From positions 1,056,001-1,120,000 of the forward strand of contig CP169074.1 of the NCBI GenBank assembly GCA_041891055.1: 64,000 bases of DNA, in the 5' to 3' direction. A program made the position numbers and the translations under genes. Positions 9,574 through 20,301 of this stretch are shown here, piece after piece. The notes under the pieces were generated by a model that was given only the letters and a program-made list of their open reading frames with translations, was not told where the DNA came from and searched no databases. Source of the DNA: Halorutilales archaeon Cl-col2-1 (GTDB lineage: Archaea; Halobacteriota; Halobacteria; Halobacteriales; Afararchaeaceae). Numbering within the stretch: the stretch's first letter is position 1; each line of letters begins with the position of its first letter.

Positions 9574-10986
9574 TTAAGCCTTCGCCTCGACCTCTTCTTC
9601 GTCTCCTTCTCCTTCTTCCTCGATGTAGTACTCCTCGATGAACTCGTCGCCGACACGTTTGAGCTCGTCCTTCGGGAGCATCGAGAGGAGATCCCACGCT
9701 ATGCCGAGAGTCTCCTCTATCGAACGGTTGGTGTCCCAGCCCTGGTTGACGAACTCCTGTTCGAACCTGTCGGCGAAGTCGAGGAAGAGGTTGTCCCTCT
9801 CCGAGAGCGCCTCACGTCCGACAATGTTAACGAGGTCTCTGAGGTCGTTACCCTCGGCGTAGGCGGCGTACATCTGGTTGGCGACGTCCTCGTGGTCGGC
9901 ACGTGTGAATCCCTCTCCTATTCCGTCGTCCATCAGACGTGAGAGCGACGGAAGGACATCTATCGGTGGGACGACTCCCTCCGATTCGAGGTTCCTGTCT
10001 ATGTATATCTGGCCCTCGGTAATGTAGCCGGTGAGGTCGGGTATGGGATGTGTGTCGTCGTCTCCGGGCATCGTGAGTATAGGGATCTGGGTGACACTTC
10101 CCTCGACTCCCTCGATACGTCCCGCTCTCTCGTAGAGCGAGGCGAGGTCGGTATACATGTAACCCGGGTATCCACGTCGTCCCGGAACCTCCTCACGTGC
10201 CGCGCCTATCTCACGCAGAGCCTCACAGTAGTTGGTCATGTCTGTGAGTATGGTGAGGACGTGGTAGCCCTTGTCGAAGGCGAGGTACTCCGCCGTCGTA
10301 AGAGCGAGTCTCGGAGTGACTATACGCTCGACAGCGGGGTCGTCGGCGAGGTTCTGGAAGACGACAGAACGTTCGAGCGCGCCGGTGCGTTCGAACTCCT
10401 CTAGGAACTCGTTTGACTCCTCCTGTGTGATTCCCATCGCGCCGAAGACGACTGCGAACTCGGTGTCTTCCTCGCCCTCCTCGGGAACCTCAGCCTGTCG
10501 CGCGATCTGGAGCGCGAGGTCGTTATGGGGTAGTCCGCTTCCCGAGAAGATCGGGAGCTTCTGTCCACGTATGAGGGTGTTCATGCCGTCTATCGCGCTG
10601 ACACCCGTCTGTATGAACTCCTTAGGGTACTCACGCGCAGTCGGGTTTATCGAGGCTCCGATTATGTCACGTCTCTCGTCGGGGACTATCTCGGCACCGC
10701 CGTCTATGGGGTTTCCACGTCCCGATAGGACGCGTCCGAGGAGATCCTCGGTGACGGGCATCTTCATCGTCTCTCCGAGGAAACGCACGCTCGAGTTCTG
10801 GTCGATTTCGTTCGTACCCTCGAAGACCTGTACGCTGACTATGTCGTCTCCCGACTCGAGAACCTGCCCCTTCTTGATCTCGTCGCCTACCTTTATCTCG
10901 ACCATCTCGTCGTATCCGACGGGCTCGTCGACCTCAACCATCACGAGGGGTCCGCTGATCTCGTTTATTGTCTTGTACTCCTTCAT
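9574..10986 (-). CDS. atpB: A-type ATP synthase subunit B
   Basis: [45 protein letters not shown]. Confidence 0.98.
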   Translation of the reverse strand: MKEYKTINEISGPLVMVEVDEPVGYDEMVEIKVGDEIKKGQVLESGDDIVSVQVFEGTNEIDQNSSVRFLGETMKMPVTEDLLGRVLSGRGNPIDGGAEIVPDERRDIIGASINPTAREYPKEFIQTGVSAIDGMNTLIRGQKLPIFSGSGLPHNDLALQIARQAEVPEEGEEDTEFAVVFGAMGITQEESNEFLEEFERTGALERSVVFQNLADDPAVERIVTPRLALTTAEYLAFDKGYHVLTILTDMTNYCEALREIGAAREEVPGRRGYPGYMYTDLASLYERAGRIEGVEGSVTQIPILTMPGDDDTHPIPDLTGYITEGQIYIDRNLESEGVVPPIDVLPSLSRLMDDGIGEGFTRADHEDVANQMYAAYAEGNDLRDLVNIVGREALSERDNLFLDFADRFEQEFVNQGWDTNRSIEETLGIAWDLLSMLPKDELKRVGDEFIEEYYIEEEGEGDEEEVEAKA

Positions 10987-10990
10987 GTTA

Positions 10991-12751
10991 TCACCTCATC
11001 TCGTTGAACTCGTTCTCTAACTCCTCGTCTATCTCGTCGACGAGTGGCTCCCAGTCCTCCTCTGTGGGTATGTCGAAGAGGCGCTTCGGCGACTCCGCCT
11101 GGTTTATCTCCTCGACGGGGACACCCGCATCGAGAGCATCAAATGCTAGGTCGTTGAACTTACGTATCAGACTCAGCATCGCGAACTGCTTGTCTAGCTC
11201 ACAGTAGGTATCGACGTCGTGGAAGGCGTTCTGCTGTAGGAAGACCTCACGTATGTAACGCGCGACCTCGAGTGTGAGCTGCTGATCCTCGGGGAGAGCG
11301 TCCTTTCCGACGAGCTGGACGATCTCCTGTAGCTCGTTCTCCTCGTCGAGTACACCCACAGCCCACTGTCTCGCGTCGGGCCAGTCGGCGTCGACCTCGT
11401 CCTCAAAGAACGGGTCGAGCTGTCCCTTGTAGAGCGAGTACGAGTCGTTCCAGTTTATCGACGGGAAGTGGCGTCTCTCGGCGAGGTCGGCATCGAGAGC
11501 CCAGAAACACTTCACGATACGCAGAGTGTTCTGTGTGACGGGCTCCGAGAAGTCGCCTCCAGGTGGCGAGACAGCACCTATGACACTCACGCTGCCGTCC
11601 TGGTTTCCGAGCGTGTTGACACGTCCTGCACGCTCGTAGAACTCGGCGAGAGCCGCTGCGAGGTATGCGGGGTATCCCTCCTCACCGGGCATCTCCTCAA
11701 GGCGCGACGATATCTCACGCATCGCCTCAGCCCATCGGCTCGTCGAGTCCGCCATCAGAGCGACGTCGTATCCCATGTCACGGTAGTACTCGGCTAGAGT
11801 GATTCCGGTGTATATCGAAGACTCGCGCGCCGCGACGGGCATGTTACTCGTGTTAGCTATGAGAGAAGTCCTCGACATCAGGGGGTTCCCCGTCTTGGGA
11901 TCTTCGAGTTCGGGGAAGTCATCGACAACCTCGGTCATCTCGTTTCCTCTCTCACCACAGCCGACGTAGATGACTATGTCTGCGTCACTCCATTTCGCAA
12001 GCTGGTGCTGTGTGACTGTCTTTCCGCTTCCGAAGGGTCCCGGAATCGCCGCTGTACCTCCCTTAGCGATAGGGAAGAGACCGTCGAGTACACGCTGTCC
12101 CGTCACGAGAGGGTCGCGCGGGGTGACCTTCTCGTCGAAGGGTCTCGACTTCCTGACAGGCCACTCCTGTTTCATCGTGATCTCAGTTCCGTCTTCGAGT
12201 ATCACGACGGGCTCCTCGACGGTGTAATCTCCCTGCTTGACCTCGGCGACGGTGCCGCCGTCCTCGTCGGGCGGAACCATTACCTTGTGGTCTATGCTTA
12301 TTGTCTCGGGGACTGTGCCAACTATATCTCCGGAGCCTATCTCGTCGCCCTCCTCGACCTCGGGTACAAACTCCCACTCCTTCTCGAGGTCGATACCCGG
12401 GGCGTCGACTCCTCTGTCGAGGAAAGCCCCCATCTCGTCTTCGAGTATGTCGAGAGGACGCTGGACTCCGTCGTATATCGTATCGAGTATTCCGGGTCCG
12501 AGGTCGACACTCAGGGGTGCTCCCGTTGTTACGACGGGCTCTCCGGGGCTGATCCCCGAGGTCTCCTCGTAGACCTGTATAGTCGTCGTGTCGCCCTCTA
12601 TCTCTATGACCTCACCCATCAGTCCTTCGTCTCCGACGTAGACGACGTCGTTCATACGTGCGTCGAGACCCGTCGCCTCAACGACGGGACCGCTCACGTT
12701 GGATATCTCGCCATCACCGTCTTCGACGGTCTGCTGTTCTGCCTTGCTCAT
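10991..12751 (-). CDS. atpA: A-type ATP synthase subunit A
   Basis: P-loop [26 protein letters not shown]; no intein. Confidence 0.98.
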   Translation of the reverse strand: MSKAEQQTVEDGDGEISNVSGPVVEATGLDARMNDVVYVGDEGLMGEVIEIEGDTTTIQVYEETSGISPGEPVVTTGAPLSVDLGPGILDTIYDGVQRPLDILEDEMGAFLDRGVDAPGIDLEKEWEFVPEVEEGDEIGSGDIVGTVPETISIDHKVMVPPDEDGGTVAEVKQGDYTVEEPVVILEDGTEITMKQEWPVRKSRPFDEKVTPRDPLVTGQRVLDGLFPIAKGGTAAIPGPFGSGKTVTQHQLAKWSDADIVIYVGCGERGNEMTEVVDDFPELEDPKTGNPLMSRTSLIANTSNMPVAARESSIYTGITLAEYYRDMGYDVALMADSTSRWAEAMREISSRLEEMPGEEGYPAYLAAALAEFYERAGRVNTLGNQDGSVSVIGAVSPPGGDFSEPVTQNTLRIVKCFWALDADLAERRHFPSINWNDSYSLYKGQLDPFFEDEVDADWPDARQWAVGVLDEENELQEIVQLVGKDALPEDQQLTLEVARYIREVFLQQNAFHDVDTYCELDKQFAMLSLIRKFNDLAFDALDAGVPVEEINQAESPKRLFDIPTEEDWEPLVDEIDEELENEFNEMR

Positions 12752-12753
12752 GT

Positions 12754-13068
12754 TTATTCCTCCATAAGGTCTATTCCGATTGCACGTTTTATCTTCTGTC
12801 TGAGTCCGCCTGCGCCGCCCTCACCGCCGAGCGTCACGAAGGTCGGCTCTATGCTGTTCTCTACCTCGTTCCTGACGTCCCTCGACAGGTAGTCGAGGTC
12901 ATCTTGGTGCATCACTATTATTCCGACTTCGTCGTTTCCGAGGAGATCCTCGACTGCGCCGTCTAGCTCCTCGTCCTTGTTCTGGTCACGAACCTCGCGG
13001 AAGGTGTCGACTCCCGCGAGACGGAAACCGTCGGTGAAGTCGGGACTTCCGATTACGCCTACCTTCAT
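12754..13068 (-). CDS. atpF: A-type ATP synthase subunit F
   Basis: [24 protein letters not shown]; operon position. Confidence 0.95.
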   Translation of the reverse strand: MKVGVIGSPDFTDGFRLAGVDTFREVRDQNKDEELDGAVEDLLGNDEVGIIVMHQDDLDYLSRDVRNEVENSIEPTFVTLGGEGGAGGLRQKIKRAIGIDLMEE

Positions 13069-14168
13069 TCTACCACCATGATGGATTCCTCTATCTCCTC
13101 ACGGCTGAGTCCGGCTTCCTTTCCGCGTGCTATCGCACGTATGTTGGCGACCTCGCGCTCCTTGTGGAGTATATACGAGATCACGGGAGCCATCGAGAGG
13201 GGATACTGGTAGGTCATCCGCTGTGAGTATCCCATCAGAACCCTGTCTATCGCCTCGTCGAACTCCGTGAGGCTTCCTGCCTCCTCGAGCGCGTTTATGG
13301 CGTCTTCGAGGCGGTCACCGTATTCGGACTCTCTCAGAGCGTTGAGTAGCTCCTCGCGGTTGCCTGAGAGCCTCTTGAGGTCGTCCTCGGAGAAAGCCTT
13401 TCCGCCCTCGATGAAGTAATCGGAGATGTCGACGTTCTCCATCTCCTCGGCGACACGAACCGTGTTACGTATGTTGAGTATGTCGATCTCTGTTCTGAGA
13501 AGGTCGTTGTAGACCTGTCTGGGCCCCTGTCCTCCCTGTACCTTCGATCGGAGTCCCGCTCCGAGGTCGTCGTCATCTCCTCCGACTAGCTGTTCGTAGA
13601 AGGTTCTGTCGACAGCGTTCTCGAGCGGAAGTAAGACTCCCGTCTCACGGAACTCGTCGAAGGCGTCTTCGAGACCCTCGCCGAAGACAGTTCCCGAGAG
13701 GGACTCGACGACCTGTTCGATGTCTTCGAGTCCGAGAAGGTCGTCAAAGACCTCCTCGTCGAGCTCTCCCGCGAGTATGAGGTCGTTCTTTATCTCGGTA
13801 TCCGTAGCGCCCGTGTAGACGCCACGTAGAACCGTCTTGATATTCCACGCGTCGTAGCTACGCAGGTACTCGACGACGAGTTCACTTAGGTCGCCCTTCG
13901 ACCAGCTCACTATGTCGCTGAAATGGCGCGCCATGTTGTCGTAGAGGGCGTACTCAACGAGGTCGACCCCCGTGTACCGCGACGCGAGACGGTCGACTTC
14001 GCGCGAGTACTCCGACTCCTCCATGAACCGCGCTATCTCGTTGGGCTGCATACGCACGAGCTTCCTGTAGTCGTCCTCGTCGAAGAGCTTCGACTTACGG
14101 ACTCGGACGCGCGAGGTCACGTACTCGAAGTTCGACTGTTCGGAGATCTCTGCTTCGGCTCCTGCCAC
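13065..14168 (-). CDS. atpC: A-type ATP synthase subunit C
   Basis: EYV.SRVR, D.WNIKT.LRG, KEREV.NIRAIARGK; operon position. Confidence 0.95.
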   Translation of the reverse strand: MAGAEAEISEQSNFEYVTSRVRVRKSKLFDEDDYRKLVRMQPNEIARFMEESEYSREVDRLASRYTGVDLVEYALYDNMARHFSDIVSWSKGDLSELVVEYLRSYDAWNIKTVLRGVYTGATDTEIKNDLILAGELDEEVFDDLLGLEDIEQVVESLSGTVFGEGLEDAFDEFRETGVLLPLENAVDRTFYEQLVGGDDDDLGAGLRSKVQGGQGPRQVYNDLLRTEIDILNIRNTVRVAEEMENVDISDYFIEGGKAFSEDDLKRLSGNREELLNALRESEYGDRLEDAINALEEAGSLTEFDEAIDRVLMGYSQRMTYQYPLSMAPVISYILHKEREVANIRAIARGKEAGLSREEIEESIMVVE

Positions 14169-14170
14169 GG

Positions 14171-14752
14171 CTAATCACCCTCTCCGAAGAGAGTCGACGA
14201 GACCTGTTTCATGCTGTCGTCCCAGACCTCGTCGAGGACGGAGTCGAACGAGTTGTCGACCCTGACCTTACCGCCCTCAGCCTCGACGACAACGCCTCCG
14301 AGTATGTCGGTGGTGCCACCGAGCTCGAAGCCATCGTACGACTCAAGGAGTTCGCTGACTGTGTCCTCGTCCTTCTCCGCGGCGTAGACGGTTCCCGAGT
14401 CAGCGTCAAGATCCTCGACGGCTCCTTCGAGAAGCTCCTGGTTGAGCTCGTCTCTGTCTTCTTCGAGGCTGCTTACCCTCTCCTCAACGTCGTCTCTGAG
14501 ATCGTCGAGGAGTCTCTTCTTCGCCTGGAGCCTCATCTGTTTAGCCTCGAGCTTCGCGCTCGCAAGCGTCTCCTCGCGCCGCGTCTCAATCTCCGACTCG
14601 ACTTCGTCCTCCGCCTCGGCGATTATCTCGTCTGCCTCTTCCTCGGCGTCGGATACTATCTCGTCGGCGCGCTCCTCAGCCTCCTCAATGATCTCCTCGG
14701 CTTCGTCACGAGCCTCGTCCTTTATATCCTCAACTACTGTTTGTAGTCCCAT
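14171..14752 (-). CDS. atpE: A-type ATP synthase subunit E
   Basis: MGL.TVVEDI coiled coil, LGGVVVE...RVDNSFD. Confidence 0.95.
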   Translation of the reverse strand: MGLQTVVEDIKDEARDEAEEIIEEAEERADEIVSDAEEEADEIIAEAEDEVESEIETRREETLASAKLEAKQMRLQAKKRLLDDLRDDVEERVSSLEEDRDELNQELLEGAVEDLDADSGTVYAAEKDEDTVSELLESYDGFELGGTTDILGGVVVEAEGGKVRVDNSFDSVLDEVWDDSMKQVSSTLFGEGD

Positions 14753-14774
14753 TGTTAAAGAAAAAGAGGTGTTT

Positions 14775-15023
14775 TTAGACTACGAATATGACGACCAGAG
14801 CAAGTATGACGAGGGTCTCGGGAAGGACTGTCATTATGAGACCCTGTGTGAAGAGGCTCTGATCCTCCGCCATGGCGCCTACCGCCGCCGAGCCTATTCC
14901 TCTCTCAGCATATCCTGCACCGAGCGCGGCGAGTCCGACTCCGAGCGCCGCCGCGGCACTTGCGGGGATAGCGGGTGCTGACTGCTGAAGCGATACTGCG
15001 TTTTCGACTAGTGTTCCTATCAT
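14775..15023 (-). CDS. atpK: A-type ATP synthase proteolipid (subunit K/c)
   Basis: 82-aa hydrophobic hairpin, GAGYAERGIG, LPETLVIL. Confidence 0.95.
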   Translation of the reverse strand: MIGTLVENAVSLQQSAPAIPASAAAALGVGLAALGAGYAERGIGSAAVGAMAEDQSLFTQGLIMTVLPETLVILALVVIFVV

Positions 15024-15029
15024 TGTTGT

Positions 15030-17138
15030 TTACTCCTCTGTGGTATACTTTCTTTCAAATCCAAACGGTTCGTATGTCTCACCGCCGCCTTCATAAAACT
15101 TACCAAAGAACTCTACGTATTCAAGACGCACTCCCTGAAGTCCCGCGCTCGTGACACCGAGTGCGAGTACGAGAATATGTCCCACGACCAGGACGACTAC
15201 TCCTCCGATCATTCCGACTACTCCCATCTCGAATAGTCCTGGGAACATGAGTGCCTCCTGACCGTACTCTTCGACGGCGTGTGACGATGCTTCTCCAAGT
15301 AGGAAATGGAACTCGCCGTGGTGCTCATAGGCTCCGAAGACGAGGAGGTTGACGACGAACGCCATCCCTGCCTTTGCGAGCAGAACCGCGGCGAGACGAG
15401 TGTACGACAGTACGTTGACGAGAACGTTGAGGAACTCGACAACCTCGACTATGTCAGCCATAGCGAGAAGTACGACTCCCGCGAAGAAGACGACAAGTCC
15501 AACGTATCCAACTGTCGTTGGAAGCCCCGTGAATCCGAGTCCGAAGGGATTGCCCGCAAAGACCGACTCGGATCCGACGAGTATCGGGGGTGCCTTTCCG
15601 AATGCTCCGGCGAAGATCCACGTCCAGAGTCCGAACATCATCATCAGCCACGATCCGCTCTCCTTCATCGCGTCACCGAAGCCGTGTTCGAGGTTGGCTA
15701 TGAAGTCGGTTATCCATCCCACCGTGAGATGGATGATTCCGACGAATAATGAGACGACGATCCATGCGAGGGCGTAGTCTCCGAAGGCTGGCTGAAGACC
15801 CTTGTGTATCGGGGGATGTCCTCCCCAGACGACCTCGCCTAAGACGTGGAGTCCGAATATCTCGCCGTAGAGTACTCCGAAGACAGCCGTCGATCCGCCA
15901 GCCCAGAGTGTCAGACCGCCGAGGCTTCTGAGAGCCGGGCTCTCGAACTTGGTGTAGAGAACGGCTCCTATTCCGAGGTAGAGAAGACCGTACCCGAGGT
16001 CTCCTATCATGAAGCCGAAGAAGGCGGGGAACGTCAGAAGAAGGAAGAGTGTCGGATCTACCTCGGAGTACTTCGGCAGGCTGACAGCCTCGACGAGTAT
16101 CTCGAAGGGCTTCGCGGGACCCGGATTATCCTGTACGACGGGAGGACTGTCTTCTTCCTCCTCGTCTGTGTGTCCGTGACCGTGATCTTCTTCCCTCTCT
16201 GCTCTCTTGAGCTCCCTTATGTCGACGTGTCCTCCGACTACGTCCTTGACCCTCGACTCAAGCTCGTCGAAGGTCTCAGTCGGAATCCAGCCCTCAACGA
16301 CGAACGAGTTTTCCGTAGTCGCAAACCTGAGAGGAGCCTCCGCCTTCTCTACGTCTACGGTGAGCGCCTCCTCAGCGGCGAGGAGGAAGTCGGCTGAGTT
16401 GTTCTTTATCTCCTCACGTACCGAGTCGAGGTCGTCGAGCTCCGACTCCAGACGGCTCTGACGTGTCTCTAGCTCTCTGAGAAGCTCCTCGGGGGAGCCC
16501 TCCGCATCGGGAACCTCGACCGCCGAAAAGCTCGCGCTTACGAGCACATCCGAAAGGTCGGTGTCATCGGTGACCGTAGCCGCTACGGCGACTACGTCGG
16601 AGCCGCTGCCTCCGATTATCTCGAACTCGTCGACCTCCTCCGACGACCTCAGGACGTCCTTTACGCCGTCTACGTCGCCCGTCTCTCCCACGACTACGTC
16701 TATCGAGTCGTATCCTCGGAGTAGGTCGAGGTCGACTCCGAGCTCCGCGAAGGGTTCGAGAGACGACTTCTGATCGCGGACCTCCCTGAGCTGGTCACGG
16801 AGGTCGTCACGTTCGTCCTCTAAGTCGTTGACCTTCTGACGGACGGTTTCGAGGCGCGACTCTATCTCGTCGTCGTCGAGGTCGAACGCCGTGTTCCGGC
16901 TGTAGTCGTCGTCCTCGACTCCGAGTATATTCTGTATAGAACGTATCTGGACGAGCTTCTCGCTCGCCTCCTCGCCGAGGTCGAGAGGATCGCCGTTGTC
17001 GAAGCCCTCCCAGCTTCCGTCGTAGTCCTCCATGTGGAGGAGGTCGAGGCTGTAGAGCGACTCTATGACGTCGTCTAGAACTCCCTTAGATCCCACTACG
17101 GAGACCTTGCTCATCTCCTTAGGTCTGAGTCCTGGCAT
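15030..17138 (-). CDS. atpI: A-type ATP synthase subunit I (a)
   Basis: P.Y.E.DPT, GFMIGDLGYG, LSYTRL, RLEYVEFF.KFY. Confidence 0.97.
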   Translation of the reverse strand: MPGLRPKEMSKVSVVGSKGVLDDVIESLYSLDLLHMEDYDGSWEGFDNGDPLDLGEEASEKLVQIRSIQNILGVEDDDYSRNTAFDLDDDEIESRLETVRQKVNDLEDERDDLRDQLREVRDQKSSLEPFAELGVDLDLLRGYDSIDVVVGETGDVDGVKDVLRSSEEVDEFEIIGGSGSDVVAVAATVTDDTDLSDVLVSASFSAVEVPDAEGSPEELLRELETRQSRLESELDDLDSVREEIKNNSADFLLAAEEALTVDVEKAEAPLRFATTENSFVVEGWIPTETFDELESRVKDVVGGHVDIRELKRAEREEDHGHGHTDEEEEDSPPVVQDNPGPAKPFEILVEAVSLPKYSEVDPTLFLLLTFPAFFGFMIGDLGYGLLYLGIGAVLYTKFESPALRSLGGLTLWAGGSTAVFGVLYGEIFGLHVLGEVVWGGHPPIHKGLQPAFGDYALAWIVVSLFVGIIHLTVGWITDFIANLEHGFGDAMKESGSWLMMMFGLWTWIFAGAFGKAPPILVGSESVFAGNPFGLGFTGLPTTVGYVGLVVFFAGVVLLAMADIVEVVEFLNVLVNVLSYTRLAAVLLAKAGMAFVVNLLVFGAYEHHGEFHFLLGEASSHAVEEYGQEALMFPGLFEMGVVGMIGGVVVLVVGHILVLALGVTSAGLQGVRLEYVEFFGKFYEGGGETYEPFGFERKYTTEE

Positions 17139-17466
17139 GCACCCCCTCCTTGAATCTGTCTAAGACTCCCTCGACGGCTTCCTCGGTGTTCTTCTCAGCC
17201 TCGTCTTCGAGGTCGCGAACGTCGTCCCTCCCGTCGTCGAGTATCCTCTGCTTCTTCTCGTCTATCTCCTCCTCCGCCTCGGCGAGTTTCTCCTCCTTGA
17301 GACTACTCGCCTCTTCCTCTGCGTCTGAGAGGATCTCGTCTGCTTCCCGGCGCGCTTCCTCGACTATCTCGTCGGCTTCTTCCTCGGCTTCCGCGACTAT
17401 CTCGTCTGCGTCTTTCTCAGCCTGCTTTATGTCGCTTAGTATGCCTTCTTCCTCTGCGGTTGCCAT
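17119..17466 (-). CDS. atpH: A-type ATP synthase subunit H
   Basis: Acidic coiled coil; first gene of the operon. Confidence 0.9.
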   Translation of the reverse strand: MATAEEEGILSDIKQAEKDADEIVAEAEEEADEIVEEARREADEILSDAEEEASSLKEEKLAEAEEEIDEKKQRILDDGRDDVRDLEDEAEKNTEEAVEGVLDRFKEGVHARTQT

Positions 17467-17576
17467 CTTATTAACATGAATTTGTGTGTAGATGAGTATA
17501 AGGAGGTTTCTATTTTGTAGAGAGGATGAGAAAACAAAACCTCTAATACCGTGGACGACTAACTTCGTCAGATTAG

Positions 17577-17819
17577 ATGACCGATACCGAGGAAAAGAGC
17601 ACCGACGCCAACGGCGTCCCTGACAGCCTTAGAAAGGCGTTCTGGAGAACAGTCCTACATCTCAACGTAGGCCCGATCTCGGTCTCTCTCGGTCTTATGC
17701 TGTGGTACTTCAGGAGCCTCGGAGAAGCCGCTCCGTTTCTTGTCGTGGGTGTCTTCTCGCTCGCACGTGCTGGGGTCTTGTACAGACGTAACGTACCCGA
17801 CGTCGACGATGGGGTATGA
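17577..17819 (+). CDS. Small haloarchaeal membrane protein (two TM segments)
   Basis: 80 aa, FW..V..LN.G....SLGLML.YF; upstream TATA-like sequence. Confidence 0.65.
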   Translation: MTDTEEKSTDANGVPDSLRKAFWRTVLHLNVGPISVSLGLMLWYFRSLGEAAPFLVVGVFSLARAGVLYRRNVPDVDDGV

Positions 17820-17851
17820 CGGATGACAGAGCGTGGACAGAAAAGAGGGTG

Positions 17852-18763
17852 CTACTCGTCGGGGTGCTGATGGTCGTAGAGCTTCTCGGAGGACTCCTCG
17901 AACATCTCCTTCTCGCGGTCGGAGAGCTCCCACTCGACGACCTCCTTTACGCCGCCCTCTCCTATCTTCGCGGGAACTCCTATCGAGACGTCCTCGACTC
18001 CGTACTCACCGTCTAAGACGACACTCGACGGAATTACGTCGTCCCTGTCGAGAGCTATCGACTCTATGACCTGGGCGACCCCCCTGCCTGGACCGAACTC
18101 AGTCGCCCCCTTCTTCTCTATGACGTTCATGGCACTCTCACGGAGCGTCTCTGTGATCTCGTCGCGCTCTTCGTGTGTAAAGTCGGGATCTCTGCCGTCG
18201 ACACGTACCTTCGAGAAGACGGGAACCTGTGTGTCTCCGTGTTCTCCTATTATAGACGCCTCGACGTTGAGTACGGAGGTGTCGAACCTCTCGGAGAGGA
18301 CGTAACGGAAACGGGCAGAGTCGAGTCTTCCCGCGAATCCTATCACCTTGTCACGGTCTCTCTCGCTGACCGAGTAGAGATGGTGGTTGAGTACGTCCAT
18401 CGGATTGGTCGTGAGTATAGTGACCGCCTCGGGGGCGTACTCGTCTATCTCCGACATTATGTCCCCGATTATCGACTTGTTGGCGTCGGCAAGGTCGAGT
18501 CTCGTCATCCCGGGCTCCCTCGGCTTTCCTGCTGTAATTACGACGACGTTACTGTCCTCGGCGTCCTCGTAGCCACCCTGGTAGACGTCTGTGTCGGTAT
18601 CGTACGCGATACCGTGCATCGTGTCGTGTGCCTGTCCGAGTGCCTTGTCCTCTGCGATGTCTATGTAGACTATCTCGTCGGCTACTCCGCTGAGTGCCGT
18701 GTTGAAGCCTACCATGGCTCCTACCGTACCGCCGGCTCCGACTATAGAAACCTTGAAACTCAT
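17852..18763 (-). CDS. mdh: Malate dehydrogenase (LDH-like)
   Basis: GAGGTVG, AGKPREPGMTRLDL (MDH-type Arg), LDSARF, GEHGD. Confidence 0.93.
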   Translation of the reverse strand: MSFKVSIVGAGGTVGAMVGFNTALSGVADEIVYIDIAEDKALGQAHDTMHGIAYDTDTDVYQGGYEDAEDSNVVVITAGKPREPGMTRLDLADANKSIIGDIMSEIDEYAPEAVTILTTNPMDVLNHHLYSVSERDRDKVIGFAGRLDSARFRYVLSERFDTSVLNVEASIIGEHGDTQVPVFSKVRVDGRDPDFTHEERDEITETLRESAMNVIEKKGATEFGPGRGVAQVIESIALDRDDVIPSSVVLDGEYGVEDVSIGVPAKIGEGGVKEVVEWELSDREKEMFEESSEKLYDHQHPDE

Positions 18764-18870
18764 GTATAGTATTAGGGCGTACTCAGATTAGGTTAAAGCT
18801 ATCGGAACCAACTAGATACAAGGCAGGAAATGTGACCGTGGCTCGGACTAAAGCCTCGGCGGAAGGTTTA

Positions 18871-18896
18871 GTAATACTGAAGTCATTAGATATTAC
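18871..18896. promoter_or_regulatory. Candidate operator, inverted repeat GTAATA-N14-TATTAC
   Basis: Inverted repeat overlapping the promoter of the AbrB-type antitoxin (ATG 18902). Confidence 0.45.
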
Positions 18897-18901
18897 CGAG
18901 A

Positions 18902-19201
18902 ATGTCGAGTAGTACAAAAGACCCCGAGGTTGTACGGGTCTCCCCGAAGGGTCAGACTACTATACCAAAGAATCTCCGCGAGAAGTTCGGAATAGAGACT
19001 CCGGGTGAAGTGTTCATCTACGAAGGGAGAGACGGAATAGTAATAGAGCCGGTGCCGTCAGGCGAAGATCTCCATGGAATTCACTCAGGAGATCACGAGA
19101 GAGGTGAGATAGCCGAGAGAGTACGTGAGATAAAAGAAGGGGAGAGAGAAAGAGAAGAGGAGAATATAGAGAGGCTTCGTCCGTCGGACGGAGACGAATA
19201 A
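18902..19201 (+). CDS. AbrB/MazE/SpoVT-family antitoxin
   Basis: RVSPKGQTTIPKNLREKFGI..PG.V; coupled to the PIN gene. Confidence 0.88.
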   Translation: MSSSTKDPEVVRVSPKGQTTIPKNLREKFGIETPGEVFIYEGRDGIVIEPVPSGEDLHGIHSGDHERGEIAERVREIKEGEREREEENIERLRPSDGDE

Positions 19202-19638
19202 TGACCGAGAGATACGTATTCGACACAGAGGCTGTAATCGCATTTCTCTACAACGAACCCGGTCATGAGAGAGTAGCGGAGCTACTCAACGGTGTCTTCA
19301 AGGGCGAGTACGAGGGATATATTACCGAGACCAACGCATCGGAGGTGTTCTATCTAGTCGCACGGTTCGAAGGTGTCGACGAGGAGCCGACAAGAGCCTC
19401 GATAAGGGAAGCAGACAGGGATCTGCGTGCGCTTGAACGTCGAGGACTCACGACTGTCTCAGCCGACTGGAGAACCGCAGCCGAAGTCAAGGCTGACGGA
19501 GGACTCTCACTCGGAGACGCTTATGCGGTAGCTCTTGCCCATAGCCGGGACGCAACACTAGTTGCAGGGGCTGACGACGACTTCGAGGAGCTTCGTTTCA
19601 ACATCGACATACTGCGTTTCCGGAGCCACGGCGTCTAA
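19201..19638 (+). CDS. vapC: PIN-domain VapC toxin
   Basis: YVFDTEA, NASEV, LSLGDAYAVALA, GADDDF. Confidence 0.88.
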   Translation: MTERYVFDTEAVIAFLYNEPGHERVAELLNGVFKGEYEGYITETNASEVFYLVARFEGVDEEPTRASIREADRDLRALERRGLTTVSADWRTAAEVKADGGLSLGDAYAVALAHSRDATLVAGADDDFEELRFNIDILRFRSHGV

Positions 19639-19683
19639 GGGATAAGAGCAAGATATTAGTCTTTCAAGACCGTTGATCGAGTA

Positions 19684-20295
19684 ATGGGATTCCTTGAGGA
19701 CAAGGGACGTGCGAGGACTTTCTACAGGTACCTGTCGAAGGTCTACGACACAGTAAATCCGGCTTTCTGGACAGTCGAGATGAGGGAGGAGGCTCTGAGC
19801 CTTCTCGACATAGATGAGGGCGACAGGGTTCTCGACGTCGGATGTGGCACGGGCTTCACGACGAGCGGTCTCGTGAGGAGAACATCGAATATCGACGCAC
19901 TCGACCAGAGCGAACACCAGATGGAGAAGGCGTTCGAGAAGAAGAGCTTGGAGGACGTCAGGTTCGCGAGAGGAGACGCCCACAGACTCCCGTACAAGGA
20001 CGAGACATTCGACTACGTCGTCTCTGCGGGCTCGATAGAGTACTGGCCCGACCCCGAGAAGGCGCTCAGGGACATGAGACGTGTCACGAAGGAGGGTGGA
20101 GAGGTTCTCGTCGTGGGACCCAACGAGCCCGACTCGGCACTCTTCAGGTCGCTCGCCGACGCCATAATGCTGTTCTACGACGAGGAGGAGGCGACACGTA
20201 TGTTCTGTGAGGCGGGATGGCACGGCATAGAGAACCATCTACTGGGTCCTAAGTGGAACGACGATCTAGCGATAGTCACGACGGCTGAGAAGTAG
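19684..20295 (+). CDS. Class I SAM-dependent methyltransferase (UbiE/MenG-like)
   Basis: VLDVGCGTGF, GDAHRLP, SAGSIEYWPDP. Confidence 0.85.
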   Translation: MGFLEDKGRARTFYRYLSKVYDTVNPAFWTVEMREEALSLLDIDEGDRVLDVGCGTGFTTSGLVRRTSNIDALDQSEHQMEKAFEKKSLEDVRFARGDAHRLPYKDETFDYVVSAGSIEYWPDPEKALRDMRRVTKEGGEVLVVGPNEPDSALFRSLADAIMLFYDEEEATRMFCEAGWHGIENHLLGPKWNDDLAIVTTAEK

Positions 20296-20301
20296 TTGTA
20301 G

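Noticed and set aside
10991-12751. Intein in ATP synthase subunit A
   Set aside because: Normal length and a continuous GCGERGNE region.
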